The notes: generated by a model from the letters alone, not told the origin. A stretch of 32,000 nucleotides of DNA from Candidatus Arthromitus sp. SFB-rat-Yit (GCF_000283555.1 NC_016012.1:1140001-1172000); one strand, 5' to 3'. Positions 1-10,705 are shown, counted from the first letter of the stretch. Numbers and translations are program-made.

Positions 1-186
1 ATGAACAGATACAATACTCCCAAAAAAGTGACTCCTTCTTTTACCTATTACAATTTTTATAAGATCATCAAAAAGCTGTTCACAGTTCTTTTCTTTCCAA
101 TCATAATTACGTTGATAAACTGGAATAACAAATCGTGTTTTAGAACCTTCTATATATTTTATTAAACTATCTTCTTGTCCCTTCAT
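1..186 (-). CDS. DUF262 / GmrS-N-like domain protein (type IV restriction/ParB-like nuclease family), partial, runs off left edge
   Basis: Not in ORF track. Reverse strand from ATG at 186 reads MKGQEDSLIKYIEGSKTRFVIPVYQRNYDWKEKNCEQLFDDLIKIVIGKRRSHFFGSIVSVH with no stop; IPxYQRxYxW signature of DUF262; GGAGG ribosome binding site upstream. Confidence 0.8.
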   Translation of the reverse strand, partial: MKGQEDSLIKYIEGSKTRFVIPVYQRNYDWKEKNCEQLFDDLIKIVIGKRRSHFFGSIVSVH

Positions 187-241
187 TACTTCCTCCAAAA
201 ATTACAATATAATTAGCTACGACTTTGCTTTTAAAAAACTA

Positions 242-595
242 TTAGTGAATTATTCCATCTTCCATAGTGTATCCTTCTAAAGAATTTTCTTTAACTTGGA
301 TACAAACAAATGTCATTGCTTCATTTTCTGATGCAAAAAATTGGCGTTGTCCTTTTGGAGAAATACGAATCCAATCTCCAGCTAAGAGATCTATATTTTC
401 TCCATCTATGATTGCCTTTCCTTTACCAGATAAAATTGCGACAATTTCCTCATTTTGTTTATGTGAATGTATAAATGGAACTCCTGCACCTGCTGGAAGA
501 GTGTTTACACTAACTTCTGCCCCTGTTAAAGAAAGCGTATTATGTAATTCTGTTCTATTTCCTTCTTTAACATGTGTTTTAGTATAATTTTTCAT
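242..595 (-). CDS. Cupin-domain protein
   Basis: ORF 117 aa; PAGAGVPFIHSHKQNEEIVAILSGKGKAIIDGE...LLAGDWIRISPKGQRQF cupin pattern; AGGAGG upstream. Confidence 0.85.
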   Translation of the reverse strand: MKNYTKTHVKEGNRTELHNTLSLTGAEVSVNTLPAGAGVPFIHSHKQNEEIVAILSGKGKAIIDGENIDLLAGDWIRISPKGQRQFFASENEAMTFVCIQVKENSLEGYTMEDGIIH

Positions 596-715
596 ATCTT
601 ATATCCTCCTTTAATTTAAAAATTTCACAGAAAAATTATATTATTCTCCAATTTTAATGTCAATTTATTAAAAAAATAAGAACCTTGAGTTTAAACCCAA
701 AGTTCTAATTTTTAA

Positions 716-1792
716 TTAAACATTTAATGATTCTCTTTTAGGAATAGCATTTTTATCATTAAATCTCAAAAATCCAGCAATATTATCAACTAAACTATTA
801 ATTCTTTGAAAATCTATTTTATCTATAGTATCAGTAAACCTGTGTATAGTTCCACTAGGATACGTATCCATAAAGAAAATAGCTTGAATCCCATTATACT
901 CAAAAGATGCATGATCACTATTATAATCTCTTATTTTTGTATCCTTTTTAATTTTTTCATTTGTTGAGTCCATATATTCAAATATTAACTTTGATAATTC
1001 AGGAGATCTCTTATCACTGCTATAAACAATAAGAGGAGATCCACCTTTGAAACCCACACAATCAATATTTATATTATAAATAGATTCATACCTATCTTTT
1101 ATATCATTAACTAATGCTCTACTACCAACAAGTCCAAGCTCTTCATGGTTAACTCCTGCTATTATTATATCAGTTTCAAAAGGAGTTTCTTTAGACATTT
1201 CTTTAAGTTTATATGCAAGTCTTAAAAGAGTCGTAGTTCCAGAAGCATTATCTATTGCACCATAATAAATTTGATTTTTTTCACCAGTAGTACTTAATCC
1301 ATAACCAACATGATCAATATGTGCTGTTATAACAACTGCTTTTTTCCTCTCAGCATGATTCGTTCCTTTAATTAAACCAACAACATTTTGTTCCTCTTCA
1401 TTTGGACGAATAAAATGTGGAAAAAATTCCCCACTAAAATTATATTTATGGAGGTAAGTATCCTTAAATAAATAATCCAAACCTATATTAGTAAATTGCT
1501 CATTCAAATATTTTACAGTCTTATCATTTCCATCAGTATCATCTCCTCTACCCTTTAATTCATCTGAAGTAAGAGTTCTCATAATTTTTTCAGCATCATC
1601 TATAAGTTCAAGGTTTTGAATAGGTGTATTATCTGATTCATTAAATTCATTTTTAATTGGAATAATCTCAGACTTTAGAATTGAATTATTGTAAATTTCT
1701 TTAATATTATCCTTATTTCCAATACAAGAATTTAAGACAAACAAAATACAACACGCAGCTAAAATACACTTTATTTTTCTAAATTTTTTCAT
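716..1792 (-). CDS. M28-family metallopeptidase, lipoprotein
   Basis: Signal peptide with lipobox-like LNSC; HIDHVGYG...NQIYYGAIDNASGTTTLLRLAY...GVNHEELGLVGSRALV zinc peptidase motifs. Confidence 0.85.
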   Translation of the reverse strand: MKKFRKIKCILAACCILFVLNSCIGNKDNIKEIYNNSILKSEIIPIKNEFNESDNTPIQNLELIDDAEKIMRTLTSDELKGRGDDTDGNDKTVKYLNEQFTNIGLDYLFKDTYLHKYNFSGEFFPHFIRPNEEEQNVVGLIKGTNHAERKKAVVITAHIDHVGYGLSTTGEKNQIYYGAIDNASGTTTLLRLAYKLKEMSKETPFETDIIIAGVNHEELGLVGSRALVNDIKDRYESIYNINIDCVGFKGGSPLIVYSSDKRSPELSKLIFEYMDSTNEKIKKDTKIRDYNSDHASFEYNGIQAIFFMDTYPSGTIHRFTDTIDKIDFQRINSLVDNIAGFLRFNDKNAIPKRESLNV

Positions 1793-1882
1793 ATAATAAC
1801 AATTCCTTAAATTTTATTTATTTAACATAATTAAAACACATATTTAAAATTTTTTCCAGATCATTTTATAACTATAAAATTT

Positions 1883-2092
1883 TCAATTATCATTAATAAA
1901 CTCCAACTCAAGTTTTCCCTCACTAACATTTAAAACTTTATATTTAGTATCTCTTGCTAATATTATTCCCTTATGATTTAACCAACCTGAATCTTTACCA
2001 ACATAAATAGACTTACTATTTCGAGGAACCTTAATCTCTATCATCAAAGAATTTCCCCGATTTCTTTCATTATTTAAAAAACATTCAGCCAC
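1883..2092 (-). pseudogene. Short hypothetical; possible C-terminal remnant of an ADP-ribosyltransferase/phage head-type protein
   Basis: MIEIKVPRNSKSIYVGKDSGWLNHKGIILARDTKYKVLNVSEGKLELEFI resembles the C-terminal pattern of ART-fold proteins (IEIKVPKGTK..YIG...LLP.GTKYKVL). Weak, by eye. Confidence 0.3.
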
Positions 2093-2129
2093 TTTTTTAT
2101 CAACAGAAGTACTAAAATAATATCTTAGT

Positions 2130-2540
2130 TAAAAGTTCCGCCAACTTCAAGATATTTAAAATAGTTGCCGTTTACATCCTTAAAAACTATAAAATCAGAC
2201 TCGAAACATCTTCATGATAAACCTTAACTATATGTTTTTCACCTGATACATTTCTATTTATATCCCTACTTCTATAAGTATACATTAAAAAGTCCTGCTG
2301 CTCATGAAAATCCAAACTATTAAAAAAGGTTTTCCCAAGTAAATTGTACTTTGTAATTTGAGTCTTAGATAAAACATTATATCTAATGTTAGTAGTTTTG
2401 TTTACTATAGACACCACATCCCCCCATTCATAAGACTCATATTTTTATTATTACTCAACCTATGTACTAATGAACTTATACGAACAATTGAATGAGAAAC
2501 TTCCATATTAATTCCAAAACAACAATAGAGATATGCAAGT
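2130..2540 (-). pseudogene. Frameshifted hypothetical gene
   Basis: ORF 2187-2417 continues in a second frame as SDFIVFKDVNGNYFKYLEVGGTF after ...KHIVKVYHEDVS, and upstream another frame reads MIPGKTLLAYLYCCFGINMEVSHSIVRISSLVHRLSNNKNMSLMN. Confidence 0.4.
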
Positions 2541-2700
2541 AAAGTTTTACCTGGTATCATAATTAACTCCTAAAAGAATTCAATACAAATATACAAAATT
2601 TATTCGTACATAAAAATAATTTCTTTATATAAATTATTAAATTAAAAAAGTCCCTTACCAACTCGATAGCAAAAGGACTTTTTGTTATACAAATTTATCT

Positions 2701-2990
2701 ATTAATAATTATCAGCATGAACTTCAAAATAACTCTTAGAATGATTACATACTGGACATAGTTCTGGTGCTTTTGTACCAACTACAATATGTCCACAATT
2801 ACGACATTCCCAAACTTTCACTTCACTTTTTTCAAATACTTGTTATATTTCAATTTTAAAGAAACGTACGATATCTCTCTTCACAATGCTTTCCAATTCC
2901 AATTAACGCTCTAAATTTTATGACAAATTTCCATGAAACCCTTCCTAACCCGCAACATCTTTAAAGTTTTTCCATATTTATGTTCCTAAA
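2701..2990 (-). pseudogene. Rubrerythrin C-terminal remnant
   Basis: Reverse strand reads VFEKSEVKVWECRNCGHIVVGTKAPELCPVCNHSKSYFEVHADNY*, with disrupted HCEERYR-type sequence upstream; the ferritin-like N-terminal half is missing or scrambled. Confidence 0.75.
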
Positions 2991-3010
2991 TACCTGTCTA
3001 CTGATGTTTC

Positions 3011-3643
3011 TCAACTCACACCACTTACAACTTTTTCAAAATCAGATACACCATGTTTACATATAGGACAAATAAAATCATGAGGTAACTCTTCGCCAAC
3101 ATATTCATATCCACAAATCGAACATCTCCATATAGTTTGTCCATCTTTAGTTGATCCAACTGCCTGAGGTTTCGGCTTAATATTATTTAAATAATATTCA
3201 TAAGTTGCAGATGATACATGGCTCAATACCTCCATCTCAACAATATCACCAATAAACATCGTATGAGTTCCCAAATCTTGTATTCTGTTAACCTTAACAG
3301 ATATATAAGCATTACTTCCCTCTGTTATATAATAAATTCCTCTAGAATCTCTTTCACATTTTTCATAATCTTCAAATTTATTAACTAATTTACCTGTTTG
3401 AAATCCAAAATGTTTAATTAAATCAAATTTTGCATCTTGACTCAAAACAGATACTGTAAATTCCCCAGTTCTTTCAATCATTCCATGAGTATAAGATGAT
3501 TTATTCAAACAAATACTTAACTGACTTGGGGAATCAGTTACTTGAATAGCAGTGTTTATAATACACCCGTTATCTTTATCAGATTCCTTCGCAGTTAAAA
3601 CAAATAACCCATAACTTAATTTAAAAAGTGCTTTTTTATCCAT
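3011..3643 (-). CDS. Flavin reductase-like domain fused to C-terminal rubredoxin (high molecular weight rubredoxin type)
   Basis: N-terminal flavin reductase-like sequence and C-terminal WRCSICGYEYVGEELPHDFICPICKHGVSDFEKV rubredoxin signature. Confidence 0.9.
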   Translation of the reverse strand: MDKKALFKLSYGLFVLTAKESDKDNGCIINTAIQVTDSPSQLSICLNKSSYTHGMIERTGEFTVSVLSQDAKFDLIKHFGFQTGKLVNKFEDYEKCERDSRGIYYITEGSNAYISVKVNRIQDLGTHTMFIGDIVEMEVLSHVSSATYEYYLNNIKPKPQAVGSTKDGQTIWRCSICGYEYVGEELPHDFICPICKHGVSDFEKVVSGVS

Positions 3644-3682
3644 ATCAAAACCTCCTATTACACATAAAATTCAAAATAATTA

Positions 3683-4741
3683 TTATCTCTTTTTCAAATT
3701 TCGTTGAAATTCTTTAAATACTTTTTTACCACCAAACATACGATTTAACTTCTCTTGTTCACGTTGACGACAATTCATAGAATGATATCCTAACTCACGT
3801 TTCAATTTTTTATAGTTAATAAATCTATCTTCTTCTATTATACCATCCATAATTGCACTACGAACTGCACATCCAGATTCACCAGAATGAGTACAATTCC
3901 TAAATTTACACCTAGCTACAATCTCTTCAATATCCTCAAAAGTCTTTGACACATCTCCTGAGTAAATTGATAATTCACGCATCCCTGGCGTATCTATAAC
4001 AACTCCACCACTTGGTAACAAAATAAGTTGACGATAAGTCGTTGTATGTTTACCTTTATCATCACTCTCTCTAATCTCATTTGTTTTGATAAAATCTTTT
4101 CCAATAAGTTTATTTATTATTGTAGATTTACCTACACCCGAAGAACCAATAAATGCTACAGTTTGTCCTTCACATATATAATTTTTCAATTTTTCAAAAC
4201 AACTATCATCTTTATATGAGCATATAAAAATTTCCACACCTATACTTATAGTTTCTACCTCTAAAATCTTGCTTTCTATATTTTTGCATAAATCCGATTT
4301 AGTAAGAATAATAACAGGCTTGGCTTGACTATCCCAAGAAATAGTCAAATATCTTTCTAAACGTCTAAGATTAAAATCATCATTAAGTGACATACAAATA
4401 AATACAATATCAATATTAGATACTACAACTTGAACATTACTTGATGTTCCTGCTGACTGACGCACAAATACACTACTTCTTTTCAAAATATGGTGAATAG
4501 TAACATTGCCTCGAGTTTCAACATCTTTTACCATTACCCAGTCTCCAACAGCTGGATAATCTAATACATTGATTGCCAAATATCTAAATTTACCTGAAAC
4601 ATTAGCAAGTCGTTCCCCATTTTCACAAACAATTTTATATAAATTAAGATGTTGTTCAATAACCCTGGCCAAAACAAACCCTTCATACATTTTGGATTCT
4701 TGCTCAAAATAACTATTAAACCCATATTTTTTCAAATCCAC
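3683..4741 (-). CDS. rsgA: Ribosome small-subunit-dependent GTPase A
   Basis: IFICMSLNDDFNLRRLERYL, GSSGVGKSTIINKLIG, VIDTPGMRE, C-terminal CKFRNCTHSGESGCAV zinc motif. Confidence 0.92.
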   Translation of the reverse strand: MDLKKYGFNSYFEQESKMYEGFVLARVIEQHLNLYKIVCENGERLANVSGKFRYLAINVLDYPAVGDWVMVKDVETRGNVTIHHILKRSSVFVRQSAGTSSNVQVVVSNIDIVFICMSLNDDFNLRRLERYLTISWDSQAKPVIILTKSDLCKNIESKILEVETISIGVEIFICSYKDDSCFEKLKNYICEGQTVAFIGSSGVGKSTIINKLIGKDFIKTNEIRESDDKGKHTTTYRQLILLPSGGVVIDTPGMRELSIYSGDVSKTFEDIEEIVARCKFRNCTHSGESGCAVRSAIMDGIIEEDRFINYKKLKRELGYHSMNCRQREQEKLNRMFGGKKVFKEFQRNLKKR

Positions 4742-4762
4742 ACTTATTTTCCCCCTATGTTT

Positions 4763-6094
4763 TTATAAATAATGATACTTTTTCCTCTTTCCAATAATAA
4801 ATGAAACCGTCATAATTACAGCTATAATTTCAGCAGCTACAACTGAAAACCATATACCATTAATTCCAAAAATCATAGGGAACACAATTACAGCTATAAT
4901 TTGAAATACCAAGCTACGCAAAAATGAAATCAATGCAGAAGTTAAACCATCATTAAGTGCTGTAAAGAAAGATGAGCCATAAATAGCAACCCCAGAAAAT
5001 AAAAATGAAATCGAATAAATTTTAAATGCCTTTGTTGCCATATTTAAAAGTTCAGAATCATATCCAACAAATATACTAGCTAATCTACCACCAAAAAACT
5101 CTGCCATCCCAAACATAATAACTGCAAAAATAGATATAATAACAAAACTCTTTGTTAACAATCTCTTTAACTCCGAATGATTCTTTGCTCCATAATTATA
5201 ACCAATTACAGGTGCTATTCCAGATGAATATCCAATAAAAACAGAAAGGAAAATAGTATTAACATACATCAATACTCCATATACAGCAATTCCATTTTCA
5301 CCTGCATATTTCATAAGCTGAAAATTATACAACATACCCACAATTGATATAGAAATATTGTTCATAAATTCTGAACAACCATTTGAACAAGATTTTAATA
5401 ATGCCTTCACATCCATTTTTGTTTTTGTTAATCTCAATGCGGTATTATTTGGTATACAAAAATATAAAACTGAAATCACAGCCCCAATTATCTGACTTAT
5501 CGTTGTAGCAATAGCTGCTCCAGAAATTCCCCAAGAAAAAACTCCCATAAATAATATATCTAAAACAATATTTGTAACTCCACAGATTACTGTAGTTATA
5601 AGACCTATATTTGGTTTCCCTGCTGTAACAAAAAAACTTTGAAATTCAAATAAAATCATATAAAAAGGTACCGCAAACAATATAATCTTTCCATATGAAA
5701 CACAATTTTTTAATAATTCTCCCCTAGCACCTACGAGATATACAATCGGCTCAATAACTAAAAAAGCTATTACAGCTATAATAATTCCAAAAACAATTGT
5801 TGTATATACAACCAATGAAAAAAGATTTCTTGCTTTTTCCTCATTCCCCTCCCCTAAGGTTTTAGAAACAAGAGCACTACCTCCAGATCCAAACATCATT
5901 CCAATAGAAGCCAAAATTATAAGTATTGGAACAATAAAATTAATTGCAGCAAATGGTACCTTCCCAACAAAGTTAGAAACAAAAAATCCATCCACCACCA
6001 TATAAATAGAAGTAAACACCATCATAACTATCGATGGAAATGTAAATCTTAGTAATTTTTTATAATTAAAACTATCTGAAAGTTGTATATCCAT
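4763..6094 (-). CDS. MATE family efflux transporter
   Basis: 443 aa multi-span membrane protein; MVDGFFVSNFVG...GMMFGSGGSALVSKTLGEGNEEKAR pattern. Confidence 0.9.
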   Translation of the reverse strand: MDIQLSDSFNYKKLLRFTFPSIVMMVFTSIYMVVDGFFVSNFVGKVPFAAINFIVPILIILASIGMMFGSGGSALVSKTLGEGNEEKARNLFSLVVYTTIVFGIIIAVIAFLVIEPIVYLVGARGELLKNCVSYGKIILFAVPFYMILFEFQSFFVTAGKPNIGLITTVICGVTNIVLDILFMGVFSWGISGAAIATTISQIIGAVISVLYFCIPNNTALRLTKTKMDVKALLKSCSNGCSEFMNNISISIVGMLYNFQLMKYAGENGIAVYGVLMYVNTIFLSVFIGYSSGIAPVIGYNYGAKNHSELKRLLTKSFVIISIFAVIMFGMAEFFGGRLASIFVGYDSELLNMATKAFKIYSISFLFSGVAIYGSSFFTALNDGLTSALISFLRSLVFQIIAVIVFPMIFGINGIWFSVVAAEIIAVIMTVSFIIGKRKKYHYL

Positions 6095-6095
6095 A

Positions 6096-6527
6096 CTAAA
6101 ACTCCTTTGCTTTCGTCTTAAAATCTCTTAAATATCGCTGTGTTAATCCTATGTAAATACTTCTTTCTTCATCAGACCATGAAGAGAATATATCATTTTC
6201 TGCTTCAATAACACGAAGAACTGTATCATTAACAAGTTCTCTTCCTTTTTTAGTAAGATATACTTTCTTCTTTCTTCCGTCAAAAGTTTTCAAATAAACG
6301 ATATTATCTAACTCTAATTTACGTAAGGCAGAATTAATAGTTTGCTTGCTAGCTCCGACTATTATATCTTTAAGCATACATTCACCATTACAAGTACAAA
6401 GTGTGTATAAAACTAACATTACACTATCACTAATTCCTAGCTTAAGTGCCACCTCATGATAAACTGCATCTATCTTTGACATCAGTAAGTTAAATCGTTT
6501 TATTCCAGAATCACTGTAAAATTCCAT
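6096..6527 (-). CDS. MarR-family transcriptional regulator
   Basis: Winged helix: ECMLKDIIVGASKQTINSALRKLELDNIVYLKTFDGRKKKVYLTKKGRELV; abuts MATE gene in the same direction. Confidence 0.85.
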   Translation of the reverse strand: MEFYSDSGIKRFNLLMSKIDAVYHEVALKLGISDSVMLVLYTLCTCNGECMLKDIIVGASKQTINSALRKLELDNIVYLKTFDGRKKKVYLTKKGRELVNDTVLRVIEAENDIFSSWSDEERSIYIGLTQRYLRDFKTKAKEF

Positions 6528-6774
6528 AAATATTTCTCCTTTGTATGATTTCGTACACAGCGTTAATAAGTTTAGTGTAAATTCAAACTTTTGTCAAATA
6601 ATTTTAATCTTCTAAATTCCTAAACATAAAATTCTTAAATTAAAAACACTACTAACTCTTTTATAGTAGTGTTTAAATTTTTAGCTTCAATTTTAATATA
6701 TCTGTTAATTTAATCAACACAAATTCAATATTCCTATACATAGTAAAAACTAATTATACACATAAAACATTAAA

Positions 6775-8259
6775 CTATTTAACTTCATTCATACAAATTC
6801 CTAAAGCATCTGCAATACCTTGTCCATATTCTGGATCTGCTTTATAACAATTTGATATATGCCTCATCTTAATTTCCTTTGGAATATCTCCCATAGAACG
6901 AGCAGTATTTTCAAATAAAGCTCTTTTTTGCTCTGATGACATCAATCTAAATAATTTTCCTGGCTGTGTATAGTAATCGTTATCATCTTCCCTAAAATTC
7001 CAACAATTAGCATCACCACTTAAGCCCAACGAAGGTAACTTATATTCTGGTTGTTCTTCCCACTCACCATAACTATTCGGCTCATAACCTAAAGTACTTC
7101 CAGAATTTCCATCTACTCTCATTTTACCATCCCTATGAAAACTATTAACCTTACACCTAGGTGCGTTAACAGGTATTTGGTGAACATTCACTCCAAGTCT
7201 ATATCTTTGAGCATCACCATAGGCAAACAATCTTCCTTGTAGCATTTTATCAGGGGAAAAACCTATTCCAGGTACAACACTTGCCGGATTAAATGCTGCT
7301 TGTTCGACCTCTGCAAAATAGTTTTCTGGGTTGCGATTAAGTTCTAAATATCCAACCTCAATTAAAGGAAATTCAGCCTTATACCAAACCTTTGTCAAAT
7401 CAAATGGATTATACGGCATATTTAATGCCTGCTCTTCAGTCATTACCTGAATATACATTTTCCATCGTGGATAATTACCTTTTTCGATGCTATCATATAA
7501 ATCACGTTGATGTGCTTCACGATCTTTCCCTGTTATTATCTCTGCTTCTTCATCTGTTAAATTTTTAATTCCTTGTTGAGTAATAAAATGGAATTTAACC
7601 CAAACACGCTCATTTTTATCATTTATCATACTAAAAGTATGACTTCCAAAACCATGCATGTGCCTATATGATACTGGTATCCCCCTATCACTCATTGTAA
7701 TTGTAACTTGATGAAGAGCCTCTGGAAGTAATGTCCAAAAATCCCAGTTATTTTTTGCACTTCTCATATTCGTTCTTGGATCCCTTTTAACAGCATGATT
7801 CAAATCTGGAAATTTTAGTGGATCTCTTAAGAAAAACACTGGAGTATTATTTCCTGCTAAATCCCAATTCCCCTCTTCTGTATAAAATTTTATAGCAAAA
7901 CCTCTAATATCTCGCTCTAGATCTGCAGCTCCACGCTCACCCGCAACTGTAGAAAATCTTATAAATAAATCAGTTTTTTTACCAATCTCTGAAAATATTT
8001 TAGCCTTAGTATATTTCGTAATATCATGCGTAACAACAAAAGTCCCATATGCTCCAGAACCTTTTGCATGCATTCTTCTTTCTGGTATTACCTCTCTATC
8101 AAAATGTGCAAGTTTTTCTAAAAACCATACATCTTGAAGTAGCATAGGTCCTCTTGGTCCTGCTGTCATAGTATTTTGATTATCTGATACCGGTGCTCCA
8201 AAAACTGTTGTAAGTTTTTTATTTCTATTTTCTGGATTCATTTTAGCTACCTCCTTCAA
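6775..8259 (-). CDS. katA: Heme catalase
   Basis: [79 protein letters not shown]. Confidence 0.97.
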   Translation of the reverse strand: MKEVAKMNPENRNKKLTTVFGAPVSDNQNTMTAGPRGPMLLQDVWFLEKLAHFDREVIPERRMHAKGSGAYGTFVVTHDITKYTKAKIFSEIGKKTDLFIRFSTVAGERGAADLERDIRGFAIKFYTEEGNWDLAGNNTPVFFLRDPLKFPDLNHAVKRDPRTNMRSAKNNWDFWTLLPEALHQVTITMSDRGIPVSYRHMHGFGSHTFSMINDKNERVWVKFHFITQQGIKNLTDEEAEIITGKDREAHQRDLYDSIEKGNYPRWKMYIQVMTEEQALNMPYNPFDLTKVWYKAEFPLIEVGYLELNRNPENYFAEVEQAAFNPASVVPGIGFSPDKMLQGRLFAYGDAQRYRLGVNVHQIPVNAPRCKVNSFHRDGKMRVDGNSGSTLGYEPNSYGEWEEQPEYKLPSLGLSGDANCWNFREDDNDYYTQPGKLFRLMSSEQKRALFENTARSMGDIPKEIKMRHISNCYKADPEYGQGIADALGICMNEVK

Positions 8260-8317
8260 TTATTAATGTTAAATAATTTAAAATAATATATGATAATTAA
8301 ACGGAATTACATGATCC

Positions 8318-8746
8318 TCATGCACCCTCTAATACTTGAATACACTCCGAACATAATCCTTTAACATAAACATCTTTTTCTTGAATATGAAATTTATTTA
8401 AAAAATCACTATAAATTTTATCAACATCAATTTCAAAGTCATATATCATATCACAATTTTTACATTTAAAATGGCCATGATTAGATGTAATTATGTCATA
8501 TCTCAACTCATTCTCTTCAATACAAATACCTTTCAATATATTTGATTCCATAAAAACATTAATTGTATTATATACAGTTGATTTTGATAATGTTGGAATT
8601 TCTTCCAAAACTCTTTTATAAACTTCATCTGCCGTTGGATGATCATTGTATTTCATCAAATTTTCAAGTATTTTCACTCGTTGAAAAGATGGCTTTATAT
8701 TATGCTTAACCAAATACTCAGTCAAATTTTCAATTTTATCATTCAC
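8318..8746 (-). CDS. perR: Fur-family peroxide-responsive repressor (PerR-like)
   Basis: HPTADEVYKRVLEEIPTLSKSTVYNTINVF, SNHGHFKCKNC...GLCSEC; GTG start; divergent regulatory region contains a PerR-like box; next to catalase. Confidence 0.85.
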   Translation of the reverse strand: MNDKIENLTEYLVKHNIKPSFQRVKILENLMKYNDHPTADEVYKRVLEEIPTLSKSTVYNTINVFMESNILKGICIEENELRYDIITSNHGHFKCKNCDMIYDFEIDVDKIYSDFLNKFHIQEKDVYVKGLCSECIQVLEGA

Positions 8747-8763
8747 AAGAAATCACTCTTTCT

Positions 8764-8818
8764 TAATAATAATTATCACTTTATATTGATTATAATTTAG
8801 TTTTTTATATTATGTCAA
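8764..8818 (-). promoter_or_regulatory. perR(-katA) promoter with PerR-like operator
   Basis: Minus strand: TTGACA (8813-8818), 18-nt spacer, TATAAT (8789-8794), then TGATAATTATTATTA (8764-8778), 13/15 match to TTATAATNATTATAA. Confidence 0.75.
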
Positions 8819-9001
8819 TAAAAATATTAAACTTTAAAAAATATATTAAACCGATTTAATTCATTTGGAATGAGCAATATCATAGCCTACAAAGTTATTC
8901 TAGCTATTATAATTATCGTATTTATTGTTTTAAAAATAATAAATACTTTTCCAGAAAAAAACCATAAAACAAAATTTTCAATAAAAATATACTTTAAATA
9001 A

Positions 9002-9526
9002 CTATATCAATTTATCTATTTTCCTACAAACAAAAATAGCTAATCCTAATTTTAATAGATCTGGAATTATGTATGGAAATACACACATTGACAATATCTT
9101 AATAATTGAATACTTAGTCCCAGAAGCTTCATATATTATCCCAAACCACAATGTACCTATTACATAACATATAATTAATCCAATAATAAGAACACCTACC
9201 TTAATTTTTGGATACTTTAAAATCAATCTCCCAAATAAACAATAAAAAAATGCAGTAAATACAAATCCAACAATGTATCCTCCTGTTGGACCTAAAATAT
9301 GTCCGATTCCTCCCCTAAATCCAGAAAATACTGGAAGACCAACACATCCCATAAAAATATATAAAGAAATAGCCAGAAGTCCACATCGACCACCCAATAA
9401 TAATAATGCACAAAAAATTGCAAAAGTCTGCATAGTAAATGGAACTGCAGACGGTATATTAATCCATGAACATACTGCTATAAGACATGTCATCATGGCT
9501 ATTAAAATCATTTTCTTTATCGTCAT
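9002..9526 (-). CDS. bioY: BioY family biotin transporter
   Basis: PFTMQTFAIFCALLLLGGRCGLLAISLYIFMGCVGLPVFSGFRGGIGHILGPTGGYIVGF; likely start is the internal Met (MTIKKM) at 9526 rather than 9553. Confidence 0.92.
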   Translation of the reverse strand: MTIKKMILIAMMTCLIAVCSWINIPSAVPFTMQTFAIFCALLLLGGRCGLLAISLYIFMGCVGLPVFSGFRGGIGHILGPTGGYIVGFVFTAFFYCLFGRLILKYPKIKVGVLIIGLIICYVIGTLWFGIIYEASGTKYSIIKILSMCVFPYIIPDLLKLGLAIFVCRKIDKLI

Positions 9527-9542
9527 ATTTTTCCTCCGTATA

Positions 9543-10073
9543 TTAAGATTCACTATTTTTTGTCATGAAATAATTTATTAACGCAATACCTCCTCTAATT
9601 GTTTGTAACTCCTCAACAACTACGTATCCTCTTTTTTCAAAAAAAGGTCTTGCGGTAATAGATGCATGTACACTTATAGTGCATCCACTAACCTTTTCTT
9701 CTAACTTATTACAAATTTCAGTTCCAATTCCTTTCCCTTGATAATCATGATGAACATACAATCGATCAATATATCCTAAATAATCAATATCTCCAAATCC
9801 AACAATAATTTCATTATAAATCGCAACCAAACTATAATGTTTTTGTAAAGATTCATTCCATTTCTCAAAATCTATTTGTTCTGTTGCCCAAACATCCAAT
9901 TGATCTTTTGAATAATCTTTTGCATTTATTATATGAACTGTATTATAAAAAAGATTGATAATTTCATTACAATCAGATGGAGTATATTTTCTAACAATCA
10001 TACATAGAAAGCTTATTAATAGCAAGAGAAACTGTAGATTGAAAATAAACATTATTACCTTTATTACTCTCAT
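9543..10073 (-). CDS. GNAT family N-acetyltransferase
   Basis: IDYLGYIDRLYVHHDYQGKGIGTEICNKLEEKV acetyl-CoA motif. ORF start at 10073 may be too far upstream because it overlaps the DUF4180 gene. Confidence 0.85.
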   Translation of the reverse strand: MRVIKVIMFIFNLQFLLLLISFLCMIVRKYTPSDCNEIINLFYNTVHIINAKDYSKDQLDVWATEQIDFEKWNESLQKHYSLVAIYNEIIVGFGDIDYLGYIDRLYVHHDYQGKGIGTEICNKLEEKVSGCTISVHASITARPFFEKRGYVVVEELQTIRGGIALINYFMTKNSES

Positions 10074-10368
10074 GCATAAAAGCTTTTAATGAATTACTTG
10101 TATATTTTGAAAAATCTCCATATATTGCAAACCTAACACGATAATTAATAAATTTCTGTAATATTTCCCCTGCTATACATGAACTTAGAATAAAAAAATC
10201 ATCTGAAATAGCTTCTTTATTCAATGCAATATTATTACATCCTGTTTCATACTGAACCGTTGTAATAAAATCTAAAGCAGATTGGGTATCTCTAATTAAT
10301 ACCTTATCACTGCTAACAACTGCAACATCTATATTGTTTCTTTTTACAACTTTTATCTTCATCCTCAA
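9991..10368 (-). CDS. DUF4180-like protein
   Basis: 125 aa; ILSSCIAGEILQKFINYRVRFAIYGDFSKYTSNSLKAFMHESNKGN matches remembered DUF4180 pattern. Confidence 0.7.
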   Translation of the reverse strand: MRMKIKVVKRNNIDVAVVSSDKVLIRDTQSALDFITTVQYETGCNNIALNKEAISDDFFILSSCIAGEILQKFINYRVRFAIYGDFSKYTSNSLKAFMHESNKGNNVYFQSTVSLAINKLSMYDC

Positions 10369-10634
10369 ACATCCTCCAATTTAATTAACATTTATTAAAA
10401 TATAAAATTTGAATATTTTATATCTAAATTGCAATTACATCATTCTTAAGATTCTGAAACACCCTATAAATATTTCCATATATTCCCTTATTTAGTAAGT
10501 TTATAATATTATAAATTATTATCATGCATAAATATATTATTCAGATAAATTCCCAACCATTAGCAAAATCTCTTTATACATACTACCATTAAAATATTCC
10601 AATACGATTAATCCTCCAACTCTATTCTTCTACA

Positions 10635-10705
10635 AAAATAAAGCATTTCCTCCGCTTTTATCGTGAATACCTGCACTACTACCTACAGCTCCAATAACAA
10701 TACTA
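10635..10705 (-). pseudogene. Short coding remnant, unassigned
   Basis: Reverse strand reads IVIGAVGSSAGIHDKSGGNALFL then stop; no intact ORF. Confidence 0.25.

Noticed and set aside
267-587. Plus-strand ORF opposite the cupin gene
   Set aside because: Antisense shadow of a well-supported CDS.
4028-4219. Plus-strand ORF inside rsgA
   Set aside because: Low-complexity antisense shadow.
9273-9581. Plus-strand ORF opposite bioY
   Set aside because: Antisense shadow of a conserved membrane protein.
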